64,000 bases of DNA from assembly GCA_040954595.2 (NCBI GenBank), contig CM082585.2, forward strand, positions 4,613,358-4,677,357, read 5' to 3'. The first letter of the stretch is position 1; the number at the start of each line of letters is the position of its first letter. This stretch comes from Balanoglossus misakiensis. Its lineage: Eukaryota > Animalia > Hemichordata. The notes under the pieces were generated by a model. The model had not been told where the DNA came from. It saw only the letters and a program-made list of their open reading frames with translations, and did no database searches. Shown here piece after piece: positions 14,201-27,480 of the stretch. A program made the translations under genes and the position numbers.

Positions 14201-17200
14201 GTTTGCTAACTTTTTGATAGTAATTCTCTAACTCTTGCCGGAGGGCAGCATTTTCTTCTGACAGGATTTCCACCATTTGTGTTGCTCTGGTGGCGATGGC
14301 TTCATGGTCAAATTCATCATAGACACCATCTGAATCACTGCAAATAGTAACAGAAAAGATACACAAACTTCAATATTTGTAGTCACTTTCAACAATATTA
14401 GTACAAAAATAGTAATGCATTTGATTAATATATTCTAAGACAACCAAAGAATAATAAATCGTCATCATCATCATCATCATCATCATCATCACCACCACCA
14501 TCATCATCACCATCATCATCATCACCACCACCACCACCACCACCACCAGTGTAAATAACTGGATATGTTCTCCACCATATATGTCGAATTCGGTTAGTCT
14601 TATCCTCTATTTTGACAATAAACATTTTGGAATCAGATTAAGTTTTGTTGTTGTTGCAAACTTGACAAGTTGTACAGTCAACTGTACATGAACCTTGGGC
14701 AACAGAAACTTCAAACCAAGGCTGTCAATAAGCAGTGGTGAAAAACAACTTTGTTTGTTTTTCATTTATATGCACTTTTCTCACTTAAGAATACTTCAAG
14801 GAACCAGTAACTTGTTTTGAAAATAGCACTGTTTGTTTACTAATGTTTCAATAATAGTAACACTGCAATTCTACAACTCTAATTCCCACAGCAACTAACA
14901 GGATGACTGATTTCATTTTGAAAACTTAAATTTCTAAATCCAATGGTCTTGAATACAGAAAGTTTAATTATATCATCCTGACTAAAACAGCGTGAAAACA
15001 TAGTCTAACTCTTCTGTATGTAAACAAATGCACCAATTCGGCATACCAGATTTGACCTTTGACCTGACATCATTACTGGTGTAGTGTGACAAGTTGAGAG
15101 TAGCAACAACAATCTCTTCATCTGAATGTAAACACAGCTCCTACAAAATTGTTGTTCATTTAAAATTACTGGAATAGTTTTCAAGCTAGGAAAATAACGA
15201 GCTGTTTTTCACCGTGGCAGTCTGCCACATATTCGCTGTAAACAAAAAATAAACCGACCAGATCACATTCAATTAATGTTACCGCTGCTAATTATGAGAA
15301 CAAACAAAAATTCATGGTATGTTTTTACAAGCACAATGTCCTTGTTAAAATATGCCCTGGGAACTGAACTTGTATGCTTAACAATTTTGGCAAGTTGGTG
15401 TATCAATTATTCCAACTATTTTTTCCATAATCGTAAACCACTGGGCTAGGTCTTATTAAAATTACCCCAAATATAGTATTGTGGAATTTATTTCTGAAAT
15501 TTCTCTTTGACAAATAAAGATTGACAGCAATTTCACTCAGAACAGAAGCTAGCATTCCATGTACCCCAAATTTGACATAAACAGACATTTTCTGATTTTC
15601 TGGCAATGTGCATGGTTCAAAGAAAGCTTGGCAATACATGTGTCAAATACTAACACTACTAGTAACAAACATGAGGATCACTGAAACCTATTTTTTGATA
15701 AATAAAATAATATTGTTTGTCTTGAATGGAGTCGAAGATCTTTTGTACAGTATAACATTTCAAATATGAGGAACTCATTTTCTTTGAGTTCTGCATCACA
15801 TAGAAACATCCTCATAAAGTATGTACAAGAAACAGAACTTGTGGTTTTATGAAATCTGTCCTTTAGTTTTGTTGTAGGGCTACAGTGATGTCCCCTTAAG
15901 TTTGGCCTTGAGCCCATGTAATCTAATATCCAAGATACATGCCAATGTACGTGCCTGTACCACGTAGAGCCATTTCCAGAAATGTCAATGTCACGACTGG
16001 AGCATAGCTCTAAAGTACAACTTTAACCCTAACGCTGCCAAGTCAGTTGAAACTGGTTTGATTTCCAGGGTGCCTAGAATCCTGGCACCCATCCCAGGCC
16101 TGTTAGACTGCCAAGTGTGTGTTAATCAGTAGGGCCTTACAAGACCCTCAGACCAATACAGTGCAAACCAGTGCAATTTGGTACATTTTACAGGGGGCTC
16201 AGACTGCCAAGTGTACGTATGAGAGCCATGTCAAGACAGTCAAAATACGTTTTAGAAGAAAAAGTGGCAAATACATATTTTAAGGGACTTGACACTCTGA
16301 ACAGGTATGACAGCACTTAAAGCATTAGTGTTAGGCTGCTCACAGCATGTGCATAGGGTATTTTTGAAATCTTCAGGAATCATTTATGGTTTCCTATTGA
16401 CACAACTACTTTCTGTGTTATCTTACGATCTGAAGATTTGTGAAGAGGACAAACCCTTGAGAATAGCTTCTGTTGCATTTATCAGTAAAGCTTCTCATAT
16501 AAAAACCAACATCACTTTTAAACTTCTGCTTCTAATTTTGACAAGTCATTGCAAATGACACAGTCCCTCTTCATCTACAAGCTGAAGAAAATCAAGGTGA
16601 AATCATTTCAAGTCAAGACATAGAATGGCCTTAAACGATAAAAAAGTGTCATGAAGCGATTACAAAAATGCCATAAATTCAAACAACACAAATTGATGCA
16701 CATTATCATACAATGCATTGTCCAAGTCTGAATTAAATCAGTCTGGGTAATGTCTAGCGACTGACAGACGTACAAAGCCTATTCTATTTGTTCCCCTGGA
16801 CATCATCTGCGGGGACTAAACACTTTCCATTGTCTGCAAACATTTTTGTGGTACAGATTTGTAAACATCATAAATGTCTAGAGCATAAATCAAATCTTTG
16901 AATCTTTGAACTTGAGTATCTGAACAGAAAATTGTCCCGCAAATGTTTTTGAAAAAATCCACAGATAGTTTATTCAATTCCAAAAATAATCCCATCTTCT
17001 GAAATTTAGAGATATTCTTTTTGTTGATTAAATGTTCATTTTTTTAACTACTGAGATATACAATTAAATCTAACTTTCATCTTTTATTATTGAACATATT
17101 TGAATTAGATTTTTAAAACATAAAATCAGACCTTTTTCCACAGATAACTAGTTCTGCAAGAAATGTGTAATGTTACAGATATATGAACCAACGTTGCCAA

Positions 17201-20200
17201 GTCTATGTCCTCAGACTGTTTTTTTCACTGCGTGGATTTGAGTCTCAAGAATCCACTTCAAGCATCTCGATGTCTCAAAGCGGCATTCTATTTTCACATA
17301 GGGACACAAGATACCCTTCCAAGGGGTCCGGTCATTAATCTGTTTTCTTTGGACATTTTTGGGATTCATTTTATTGCGTAAGGTTGAGATATTTGCTCTG
17401 AACACGACAGCATTTTTTTGAAGTCAACTGAGACAAAATTCTCTAAAGTGTTCTTGAGCAAACATATCACAGGGGGGAGATTTCGGAAATTGTACTTCCA
17501 CAGGGCGATTACTTATACACTCTGCATATACACGTTTTGTGTGCTACAAAAACCTACGTGTTAGGTAATGGAGTTATGGCATCAAGTTTGTACCGCACAA
17601 CCCTGGTATGTTAAGTGTAACAAAGTGACAATCCTATTAGCATAACATTGTTTGTGTCAATGACATGGACTTGTTTACGGCTGATGACAGCACCCAAATA
17701 TTTCAAGCATTTCACGCCCGATAGCCAATACTTGCCGGACCGCATGCAGGAGAATTTGCCTGTAACCTCTGAATAGATCACACACACACAGAATTGACTC
17801 TTCATCTTTCTTGGCAAATGTCCAAGTCATTCCTTAATTAACATACAACGTGTTGGTGTTTTCTCAATTTTCAGAATTTGGGAAATTTATGGATTTCGTC
17901 GTGCACTGCTGGATGTTCCTAATGACAGTTGGAATGTTGCGATAAAAACAATATTGATTGTTTCGCCCCTTTCGCTTCCTAGTTCTAAGTTAATTAACCT
18001 TTAGTTAAATCTTATTGTTGTGGGTGGCACACTGGAAAATGGAAGTGCTCATCGCATCTATAGTGAAGACCTATTGTTCTAAGCATCTGAAACCTAAAGT
18101 AATCCCGACATTTTCTATGTTGTCATGGAAAAGTTTATACCATGGAGTGAAATCTTAGTTGCATAAAAATGCCTGCATATCTGGTATGGTTGTAAGTATA
18201 GTGACGGACATGTATTGTAAGGTACACTGTCCAGTTATATAAGTTATATAAACTTCTCAGCTCCAGACAATATACATGTATATTATACCACATAAAAAAA
18301 ACAACAGCAAAAAATTCTACTGCGACAGCAATCAACACATTTACCCTATTTATACTTAACATGTTTTGAAATTAAAACAATCATTACATTTTTTTTAAAA
18401 TTACGTCTTTTTGACATCAGGGCACTATCTGTCACTCAAACAATAATTTTTGCATAATCTAACAGTGACTTAACAAAGCAGGGGGTTGTTGCAGTCATTT
18501 TCTAAACAGCAGTGATAATCACTCCAACATATTGCAAATATGTCCCATGTTTCTTGAAAAGTTGCCAAACTATGCACATTCTCTCCACATTTGAAAAATT
18601 CATCACATATATAATAGTCTCACTTCTCTCTCAGGCTTTCAGAAGATTTCATGGTGACAGAAAATTTATGGCTGCTCGGCTTGAAGTAAAAACATGCAGA
18701 GTACCGTGGTTAAAGCCCCAAAATCTGCCATTTTTTAGCATATTTTTAATCAATTCAGCTCTTCAATCTTCTCCTTTTCCTTTAATAGTCAACAGACATT
18801 TTGAATTTGTGGATTTTGATTCTAATAACCATAGCTGTATACTTTTGACTGAATAAACAGGTGTAGCACTCGTTTATTATTTAACCTGTTCACATGATTT
18901 AAACATACAGTCATACTCAGAGGTTGACTATATGCATAATGATGCGTATATCCATTGACTATAAGATCATATATTAAATAGACTAATCAAAGCTTGAAAG
19001 TAAAATCACGAAAATAGTACAGTACAAATAAGTGGCAGCTATTGGAGCCAGAAGACAGCAGTGTGTTCTACTGCAGTAAATGTAAAATATTTCAACATTA
19101 ACAACAATAATATCAACATCCACATGACATAAATTACAGAAACCACAGACAATTAATTTGAAACCAAACCACATCAGATGAAGGTTGTTATTCACAAAGA
19201 TGACACAAATCTGCAATGAAATTGTGGTACATCTTGTCATCAAAAAAGAAATCATCTGGATTTGTGAGACAGGCCAGAAATACAACTTTTCACAGAGCAC
19301 AGAAAAGTACAGACAAGTGATTTGTAATCCAAGCACTCCAAGATATGAACTGATACAGTGTTAAATATAAACTGTCTTCTAACTGTACAACTGATTGATA
19401 TAAATCTGTTTTCTTGAGATTAGAATTATTACTGCCGCTTGTTATTCAGAGCGGAAATCAGAGATTTGTGGATAGAAATTGACCGGTTGAAAACTTTGCC
19501 CCCAAAACATCTTTGTCATGGGTTTCAATTCAATGAATTGAATACCTTGGCATATAAAGTCATATGGGTAAACGCTTTGAATGGGTTAACCATTTTCTCT
19601 TTCAAAATGTGGTGAAAATGTTAGCATTTTCACCTATATTTTCTCTATTTATTTCATAATTTTAGACCAAGTGGCCATTATTTTCTTTCCACGATCTGCA
19701 GGTCTTAATCAAACTTTGAGAAAAAATGATGAGGGTTGTTGAAAGATGGCGACAAGTTGCCTCTGGTGTTATGATGTTGAAAGAATCAATTGTACCATAA
19801 TTTTTCATCTTGTAGGGGTTATACCCATTATTGGTTAGAAATGCAAAAAAAAATAGATCAAAAGCTTACCTGCTGGCTGTTTCATGTTGCGACAAACTTG
19901 AACTATCCTGCGGAATTCCCGTGACAACCGAACAGTCCAATGTGTCCACATTTGATTGGTCGGCCGGGTCAACGGCCAGACTCAACACGTCCTTCCCAGG
20001 GTCCATCACAGAGTACAGTTTCGAATGTCCCGGGTACGGAGGGGGAGGCCTGTCGTCCAGATTCGTGGCGTCTAAATCCGTCACCTCCACCGCCGGCTGC
20101 GGTTCCACACTGTTCCCTTCCGCCGCGCTGCCCGGATGACTGTTTTTCCGTCTCGCTTCCGCACCGCCCGCGAAACCGGCCACTACAACAACATCACCGG

Positions 20201-20657
20201 GTTGTCCGCCCGTCACCCTGTGCGACAGCTCGCTGCTGAACCGTCCCGTTCCCCGAATGTTCTCCTGCGACAGGCTCTTGCCGATGTCGATGGTCGTGGT
20301 GTAGACCTGCGTGCCACCACCACCACCACTGCCGTGCTTGTTGTATATGTGCAAGTTGTCCATGCTTTTCGACATCTGGTTCACAGAGAGCGGGGTTCCT
20401 TGTCCGCTCTGCGACTCCGACTGCAGTAGCTGGGCGAGGATACTCCGCGAGCCGTCTTTATTGTACATGGGGTACTCATCACTCCTGTGATGCTTATGCT
20501 GGCGTCGCCTACGCACGGGCTGCAATTGAGCAGTGTCCATTGTCTTGCTGCGAACAACCTCGCGGTCCTTCTTACACCTGGTTCCAGTAGCTTCCATTAT
20601 TGTCTCCGATTTTTCTAGCTGTGCATTAGTTTTGTCATCCTTCAGTTGAAGTTTCAT
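8205..20657 (-). CDS. AMOT: Angiomotin-family (Motin) protein, ~733 aa, 12 coding exons
   Basis: Exons on minus: 20657-19870, 14337-14193, 13830-13686, 12748-12626, 12230-12085, 11531-11382, 11047-10919, 10426-10353, 9936-9829, 9541-9285, 8622-8549, 8267-8205. All GT-AG and phase-compatible (2202 nt). Family motifs: RPPPPYP (PPxY), [104 protein letters not shown]-terminus SSFFKI* is PDZ-ligand-like. Confidence 0.92.
10578..10822. mobile_element. Degenerate copy of the MITE at 22932-23168
   Basis: Shares blocks with 22932-23168: ccattaattatgtttgatacaagacacc…tattctacat (inverted), cttgtagacacg.gagtgaaaa, and gggcagcgagagagagagac. Confidence 0.6.
12504..12594. mobile_element. ~100-bp piggyBac-like MITE (family member)
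   Basis: Begins TTAACCCTTTCACCCC and ends GGTGAAGGGGT. Homologous to 48330-48432, 49893-49983 and 52201-52292. Confidence 0.55.
14463..14547. repeat. Compound (CAT)n/(CAC)n trinucleotide microsatellite, intronic
   Basis: catcatcat…caccaccac tract inside an angiomotin intron. Confidence 0.95.
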
Positions 20658-22931
20658 CTCGCGATCTTTTTTAAAATTTCTGTTCAAGTCTCTTCTTTTT
20701 TTTTCCGTTTTTTCCTCAGATCTGGTTCATGGGTGCAGGCATGCAAGGGTCACTGAGGTCCCCTAATATAAATCTTCAGGCCTGTCAAAAATTACAGAAA
20801 TTATGAGGCGTCAATAACACTTAGAACTGTACGATTTCGACAAGTGGAAATTCCAAATTTTACCACAACACACACTCGAATTCAAGCCTACAGGGCCGGG
20901 CCTTCTTGCAAATATTCCAGCTATTTCCACACCCCTTTAATAGGAAGTATACATGTACAACACATTTGCACAATCAGGCTGCACACCAATTATGCAATTC
21001 AGACTTTCAAATCTCGTGTAAATGCGGTGTATATACTATAAGTTTCAACAATACTATTTATGCACTGTCTGTGGAGTAAAAATCTAACCCCCCCCCCCCC
21101 CCCCCCCCTCCTCCTGGGTCAAATCACTCGTGGAGTGACCGTGGTCAAATACAACTTGCATACAGCAATTTTAGCGTCTCTAAGCCCAGTACACAAGACA
21201 GAGATTTTTAATGTAGACTTTAAAAAATACCACAGAAATGTCCCTAGCTACTGGACAGCCCCACTCACGATACCAACTCACCCACCGAACAACCACAAAG
21301 TTTTTTTCGAGTATAAACTCTTCCAACATCGGCTCAAAAGTGGTTTGATAAGAGCCAATTACCAGAACTTCCTGCTGCAGGCATACATCCCTACTCAGAA
21401 AGTACAATGGTCTAATCTATCCTACATAATAACTGGGTCATTCCAAGATAAAAGAAACATAGGGGTGAGGAGGTTAAAGAGGTGTTGGCAGACTGCAATA
21501 CAATGTGTGTTAAAGTAAGCAGTGTCAACATTGAGTGCCTAACAGTATTTATGAACACATGACCTTTGCTCAACCCGACCGACCGACCGACCGCTTTTTG
21601 TAGGTCACATTTTTTTTTATCATAAAGGATTTCAAAAATTGAAATTAAAAAAAATCAATGTTTTGATTTATATGAACAAGTTAATCAATTCAATATATTT
21701 TTCCAAACTCAGAAATTAGAAAGTTCACTTTGTTATAAATTTGTGCAATGTTGACAAGACCAACCACAGTGGGTTGAGGAATGCGTCCACCATATTGCTC
21801 GGACAAAAATGTCGTCAACCGCTGACGAGGAATAAACTCAAAGTTATTTTGAGGGCCAGATCATGATCTCATGTTTCGTGTTAACTTTTAACTTTGAAGG
21901 GGAATTCGACTTGTCACAGAGGCTAATTCAGTTACCCAGACGTGTAGAAAATATGACTACTGGATCAGATACTGCCTTCAAAATGCAAATTTGATAAATA
22001 GAAAAATACCAAAACAATTATTTTCATTATATGTCACTAATGTAATTCATATGATGTTGTAAATGCTATGTGATTAAATTTCCAGAGGCTTGAATTTCAC
22101 ATCAGCATTCTTTGATTTGGAATAATCTCTTCAAAACATGTCAACGATGCTCATAAAAAGTCAATTTCTACAGCGCAAATGCAGACATGGGGGTGGCCAT
22201 CCAGACAGCATTATAGATAGATTCACAATCTGATAGCCGGTCTCAAATTCACTTCTGCGAGGTATCACCGTAACAGAGTTAACAAGAAATGTGTCATCTC
22301 TCAAGACCCCATTTAAAAATAGAAACCCCTAGGGAAAAAGAATGCAGTGTACTTCATATCAAAAGGTCACCGGGGTTAACTCGGTTGCTTGGCAACCCAG
22401 AATGTAATGTCAGGGTGCTTGTAATGGCACAATAGGGGGAAAACTGCATCATGCCATCAAGACACATGTTACCACGATACTTCAACATTTGCGGGGAAAT
22501 GATTATCATGAATACAAAGTAAAGAAGAATTTGATTGTGCGACACAGAAGTTGAGGGGCATTTGACATATTCGTACACTATAGTGTCACTTTCAACACCC
22601 TATCTTTCCCTATTATACATAATGGAATAACCTAACAATGTAGAAGCACAATGCAAGTCCTCAGACATTCCGTTTGTCAAAACAGTGGTGGAATTTTTGT
22701 GTCTTACCTTGAACTCCAATGGATATTAGTAACATTCAAACTTCATGCAGCATAGAATGATATACCACATCTCAATGCATTGGTACAAACACTTGGCTGA
22801 GGTCTACTGATATCATTAAGCTGTGGTGGGTTAGTAATGTATCTTCATCTGTTGGAAAGAAAAAAATAAGAAAAAATCTCTCGGTCATCCATTGCTGGTA
22901 GATAGTGAAATGGCATCAGAGTTTTCTTTAA

Positions 22932-23168
22932 AGGGACAAAGTCTTTCTCTCGCTGCCCTTTTCCGCTTGTAGACACGCGAGTGAAAATCTTGCCAAATAA
23001 TTGGTCTGTACCATTTAATCATATATATATCCTACAGGCGGGATGGACGTTGTATGTGGTCGAATATTGATTCACTATACATATCCACATGTAGAATAAC
23101 ATAAATGGTGTCTTGTATCAAACATAATTAATGGAAGAAGGGCAGCGAGAGAGAGAGACTTTGTCCCT
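22932..23168. mobile_element. MITE with TTAA target duplication (Kolobok-like termini)
   Basis: TTAA|AGGGACAAAGTCTTTCTCTCGCTGCCCTT … AAGGGCAGCGAGAGAGAGAGACTTTGTCCCT|TTAA, with TTAA at 22928-22931 and 23169-23172. Confidence 0.75.
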
Positions 23169-24982
23169 TTAACACATGAGAAAATATATCAGAAGCAGGT
23201 TTCAGCTGGAGCTTCTAATAGCTGAGACCAGAGTAACATAAACAGGAAAAGTATTTATGTGTAACAACTCTCCATCTTGAGATCCAACCTTTCTAACGTG
23301 GATTGTATGACATTTACAAAACATTCTGAAGATACACAGTGTGTGACATGAACCACCATTGACGCTTGAAGCTGTGACGCGCGGGTGGAAAAGATAAACA
23401 GACCGTTTCCGGGGTGAAGACGCCACTACAACAGAACACAGGATGATGTATCTTTGCAGTGACATCCCCGGTCACCTAGGGTTGACTTACAGGAAGGAAG
23501 GGTTCTTAAAACAACTACAGAACTAATAAACAGAGTTTAAGTGTGGGAATGTGACCTGATTTCATTACAGAGTACATGCATTTTCCCACCAACTGCAAAG
23601 GCTGTATTTCCATTACTATATTCCACTGTCAGTGTCACACCATCTCTATATACTGTATGCAAAACTCCACATATTCTGTTAACTGTATAGAATTTCTGTA
23701 TGGTTTTCACTCAAGTACTGAACTGTGTCTATTAGGAAAACCTGATTAGACCGGACATGATTGATAATGACAATTTTCTACACTGAAACTTACAATTTTT
23801 GACAACATACAACACTTTCCACAAAAAATGTTTTAATTGTATAGCAGCATAAGAAGATGGTTTCTGAAAGCAACGATTCTACAAGCTTAATTGCATCATA
23901 TCAAACTTTTACTACTGGATATAAACTTAGTCTTGAAAAGTCTCAAAATAGCACATTCTCCACAACTAAATGTAGACTAAGTGTGTAAACAGGCAGGTAT
24001 CTCTACAAGCAAAAAAAAATACAGTTTTCAACTCAACTTGGATGACACAACAGCGAATAATGGCCAAGTGAGATAAAACACTCACATTCAGCTATGACCA
24101 ATGTTACTTGACCAGTGCAGTTCCTATCCGACTGGCTCCATGAGTCAGTCGACTGAGCTATATCACAAAGAAGTCAATATCCCCTCCACCCATCTTTCAA
24201 CACTACACCGTCCTAACCCCTGCCCTACTTCTATTATGCCCAGAAGCCAATCATCAAAACGGCCTTTGTTTGGCCAGCAGTCAAAGCAAATTCAGTCTCA
24301 GAAAATTAATAAATCAAATAACTCACTGTTTTGTGAAAAGACTTGGATTACAAAATTTCCACCATGATGATAGTAGCAGGCTTTGATATATGTAAAAATT
24401 ACCAGTGTTTTTTCATTGTGGTTTGGGAATATAGGTAATTGAACTGGTTAGACATGGTTTGCTTGGCGATGCAGGTATGTGAAAACCCACTTTACCTAAC
24501 ACCGGCATTGGACTGGTAGTTGGCTAGTTAAAACTGACCCTGCATAGGGCTTGTGTGTGCGGGTGTGTGTTTTGTTTAGTTTTGCAACTGGCCTACGGGT
24601 GAATCTCAACTGAGGATTTGCTCACCCTTGCGATCAAGTCAGGAACCTTTAGGTAAAATCACTACAGAACCGGCTAACTACCCTCAATAAAAACATACTG
24701 TCTGCCAGAGAACAACAAAAGTCTGTAGAACAGGACAATGGATTTCAGTTCACAGTGTTTACGTCAATCACTGCATACGTGGACATTTTCTTTTTCACAC
24801 CATACAGTCAGCTAAGTATTGTTATGGAGGGTATTACATTGTAATTGGGATTTGATTTCGTCACAAATCTTTCTTGTGCGTCATTGGTATGCCATGTGGG
24901 CTAAAAGGGCAATACTGATTGATACATCAATATGGAGGACAGCGCGACATTGCACATTTATACGATATCGGATATTTATCGT

Positions 24983-26416
24983 CTAGTATCGTCTAAAACA
25001 TTAAACTAGACTGTACTTTAACAACAACTTTGCCTACTTCCCGACTATGTCGGACCTTAGTCGGACCTCAAAAATATCCGATAGTATCGATACTATCGAT
25101 ACTAGAGTGTAGTATCGTCTAAAACGTTAAACTAGACTGTACTTTAACAACAACTTTGCCTGCTTCCCGACTATGTCAGACCTCAAAAATATCCGATAGT
25201 ATCGATACTATCGATACTAGAGTCTAGTATCGTCTAAAACGTTAAACTAGACTTTACTTTAACAACAATTTTGCCTGCTTCCCGACTATGTCGGACCTCA
25301 AAAATATCCGATAGTATCGATACTATCGATACTAGAGTCTAGTATCGTCTAAAACGTTAAACTAGACTTTACTTTAACAACAACTTTGCCTGCCTCCCGA
25401 CTATGTCGGACCTCAAAAATATCCGATAGTATCGATACTATCGATACTAGAGTCTAGTATCGTCTAAAACGTTAAACTAGACTGTACTTTAACAACAACT
25501 TTGCCTGCTTCCCGACTATGTCGGACCTCAAAAATATCCGATAGTATCGATACTATCGATACTAGAGTCTAGTATCGTCTAAAACGTTAAACTAGACTGT
25601 ACTTTAACAACAACTTTGCCTGCTTCCCGACTATGTCGGACCTCAAAAATATCCGATAGTATCGATACTATCGATACTAGAGTGTAGTATCGTCTAAAAC
25701 GTTAAACTAGACTGTACTTTAACAACAACTTTGCCTGCTTCCCGACTATGTCAGACCTCAAAAATATCCGATAGTATCGATACTATCGATACTAGAGTCT
25801 AGTATCGTCTAAAACGTTAAACTAGACTTTACTTTAACAACAATTTTGCCTGCTTCCCGACTATGTCGGACCTCAAAAATATCCGATAGTATCGATACTA
25901 GAGTCTAGTATCGTCTAAAACGTTAAACTAGACTTTACTTTAACAACAACTTTGCCTGCCTCCCGACTTTGTCGGACCTCAAAAATATCCGATAGTATCG
26001 ATACTATCGATACTAGAGTCTAGTATCGTCTAAAACGTTAAACTAGACTGTACTTTAACAACAACTTTGCCTGCTTCCCGACTATGTCGGACCTCAAAAA
26101 TATCCGATAGTATCGATACTATCGATACTAGAGTCTAGTATCGTCTAAAACGTTAAACTAGACTGTACTTTAACAACAACTTTGCCTGCTTCCCGACTAT
26201 GTCGGACCTCAAAAATATCCGATAGTATCGATACTATCGATACTAGAGTCTAGTATCGTCTAAAACGTTAAACTAGACTGTACTTTAACAACAACTTTGC
26301 CTGCTTCCCGACTATGTCGGACCTCAAAAATATCCGATAGTATCGATACTATCGATACTAGAGTCTAGTATCGTCTAAAACGTTAAACTGGACTTTACTT
26401 TAACAACAACTTTGCC
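24983..26416 (+). repeat. Tandem array A, 115-bp unit, ~12.5 copies
   Basis: TATCGTCTAAAACG recurs at 25113, 25228, 25343 and onward (period 115). One unit near 25890 lacks 10 bp. Confidence 0.95.
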
Positions 26417-26422
26417 ACATGT

Positions 26423-27115
26423 GTCCACTGATGGTTTACATGTAATGGGCGACAAGGATGTCTAGTCAAAAAAATTAGACGATACTAGACTCTAGTATCG
26501 ATAGTATCGATAGTATCGGATATTTTTCTTGGTGAGCATACGACATTTGTCCAATGATGGTTTACATGTAATGGGCGACAAGGGTGTCTAGTCAAAAAAA
26601 TTAGACGATACTAGACTCTAGTATCGATAGTATCGATAGTATCGGATATTTTTCTTGGTGAGCATACGACATTTGTCCAATGATGGTTTACATGTAATGG
26701 GCGACAAGGGTGTCTAGTCAAAGAAATTAGACGATACTAGACTCTAGTATCGATAGTATCGATAGTATCGGATATTTTTCTTGGTGAGCATACGACATTT
26801 GTCCAATGATGGTTTACATGTAATGGGCGACAAGGGTGTCTAGTCAAAGAAATTAGACGATACTAGACTCTAGTATCGATAGTATCGATAGTATCGGATA
26901 TTTTTCTTGGTGAGCATACGACATTTGTCCGATGATGGTTTACATGTAATGGGCGACAAGGGTGTCTAGTCAAAAAAATTAGACGATACTAGACTCTAGT
27001 ATCGATAGTATCGATAGTATCGGATATTTTTCTTGGTGAGCATACGACATTTGTCCAATGATGGTTTACATGTAATGAGCGACAAGGGTGTCTAGTCAAA
27101 GAAATTAGACGATAC
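26423..27115 (+). repeat. Tandem array B, 126-bp unit, ~5.5 copies, carrying the array-A core in inverted orientation
   Basis: TGATGGTTTACATG recurs at 26429, 26555, 26681 and onward (period 126). Contains ttagacgatactagactctagtatcgatagtatcgatagtatcggatattttt, the near reverse complement of the array-A core. Confidence 0.95.
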
Positions 27116-27480
27116 TGTGCTTTAACAACAACTTCGCCTGCTTCCCGACTATGTCAGACCTCAAAAATATCCGATAGTATCGATACTATCGATACTAGAG
27201 TCTAGTATCGTCTAAAACGTTAAAGTAGACTGTACTTTAACAACAACTTTGCCTGCTTCCCGACTATGTCGGACCTAAAAAATATCCGATAGTATCGATA
27301 CTATCGATACTAGAGTCTAGTATCGTCTAAAAACGTTAAATTAGACTGTACTTTAACAACAATTTGCCTGCTTCCTGACTATGTCGGACCTCAAAAATAT
27401 CCGATAGTATCGATACTATCGATACTAGAGTCTAGTATCGTCTAAAACGTTAAAGTAGACTGTACTTAAACAACAACTTT
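27116..27480 (+). repeat. Second block of array A, ~3 copies
   Basis: Same 115-bp unit and orientation as 24983-26416, slightly more diverged. Confidence 0.9.

Noticed and set aside
14425-14625. ORF with poly-Gly/poly-Asp
   Set aside because: Translation of an intronic CAT/CAC microsatellite.
24983-27480. CRISPR-like appearance (palindromic repeat plus intervening sequence)
   Set aside because: Intervening sequences are identical between units rather than unique spacers, there are no cas genes, and the context is a eukaryotic intron-rich locus. It is a transposon-internal satellite.
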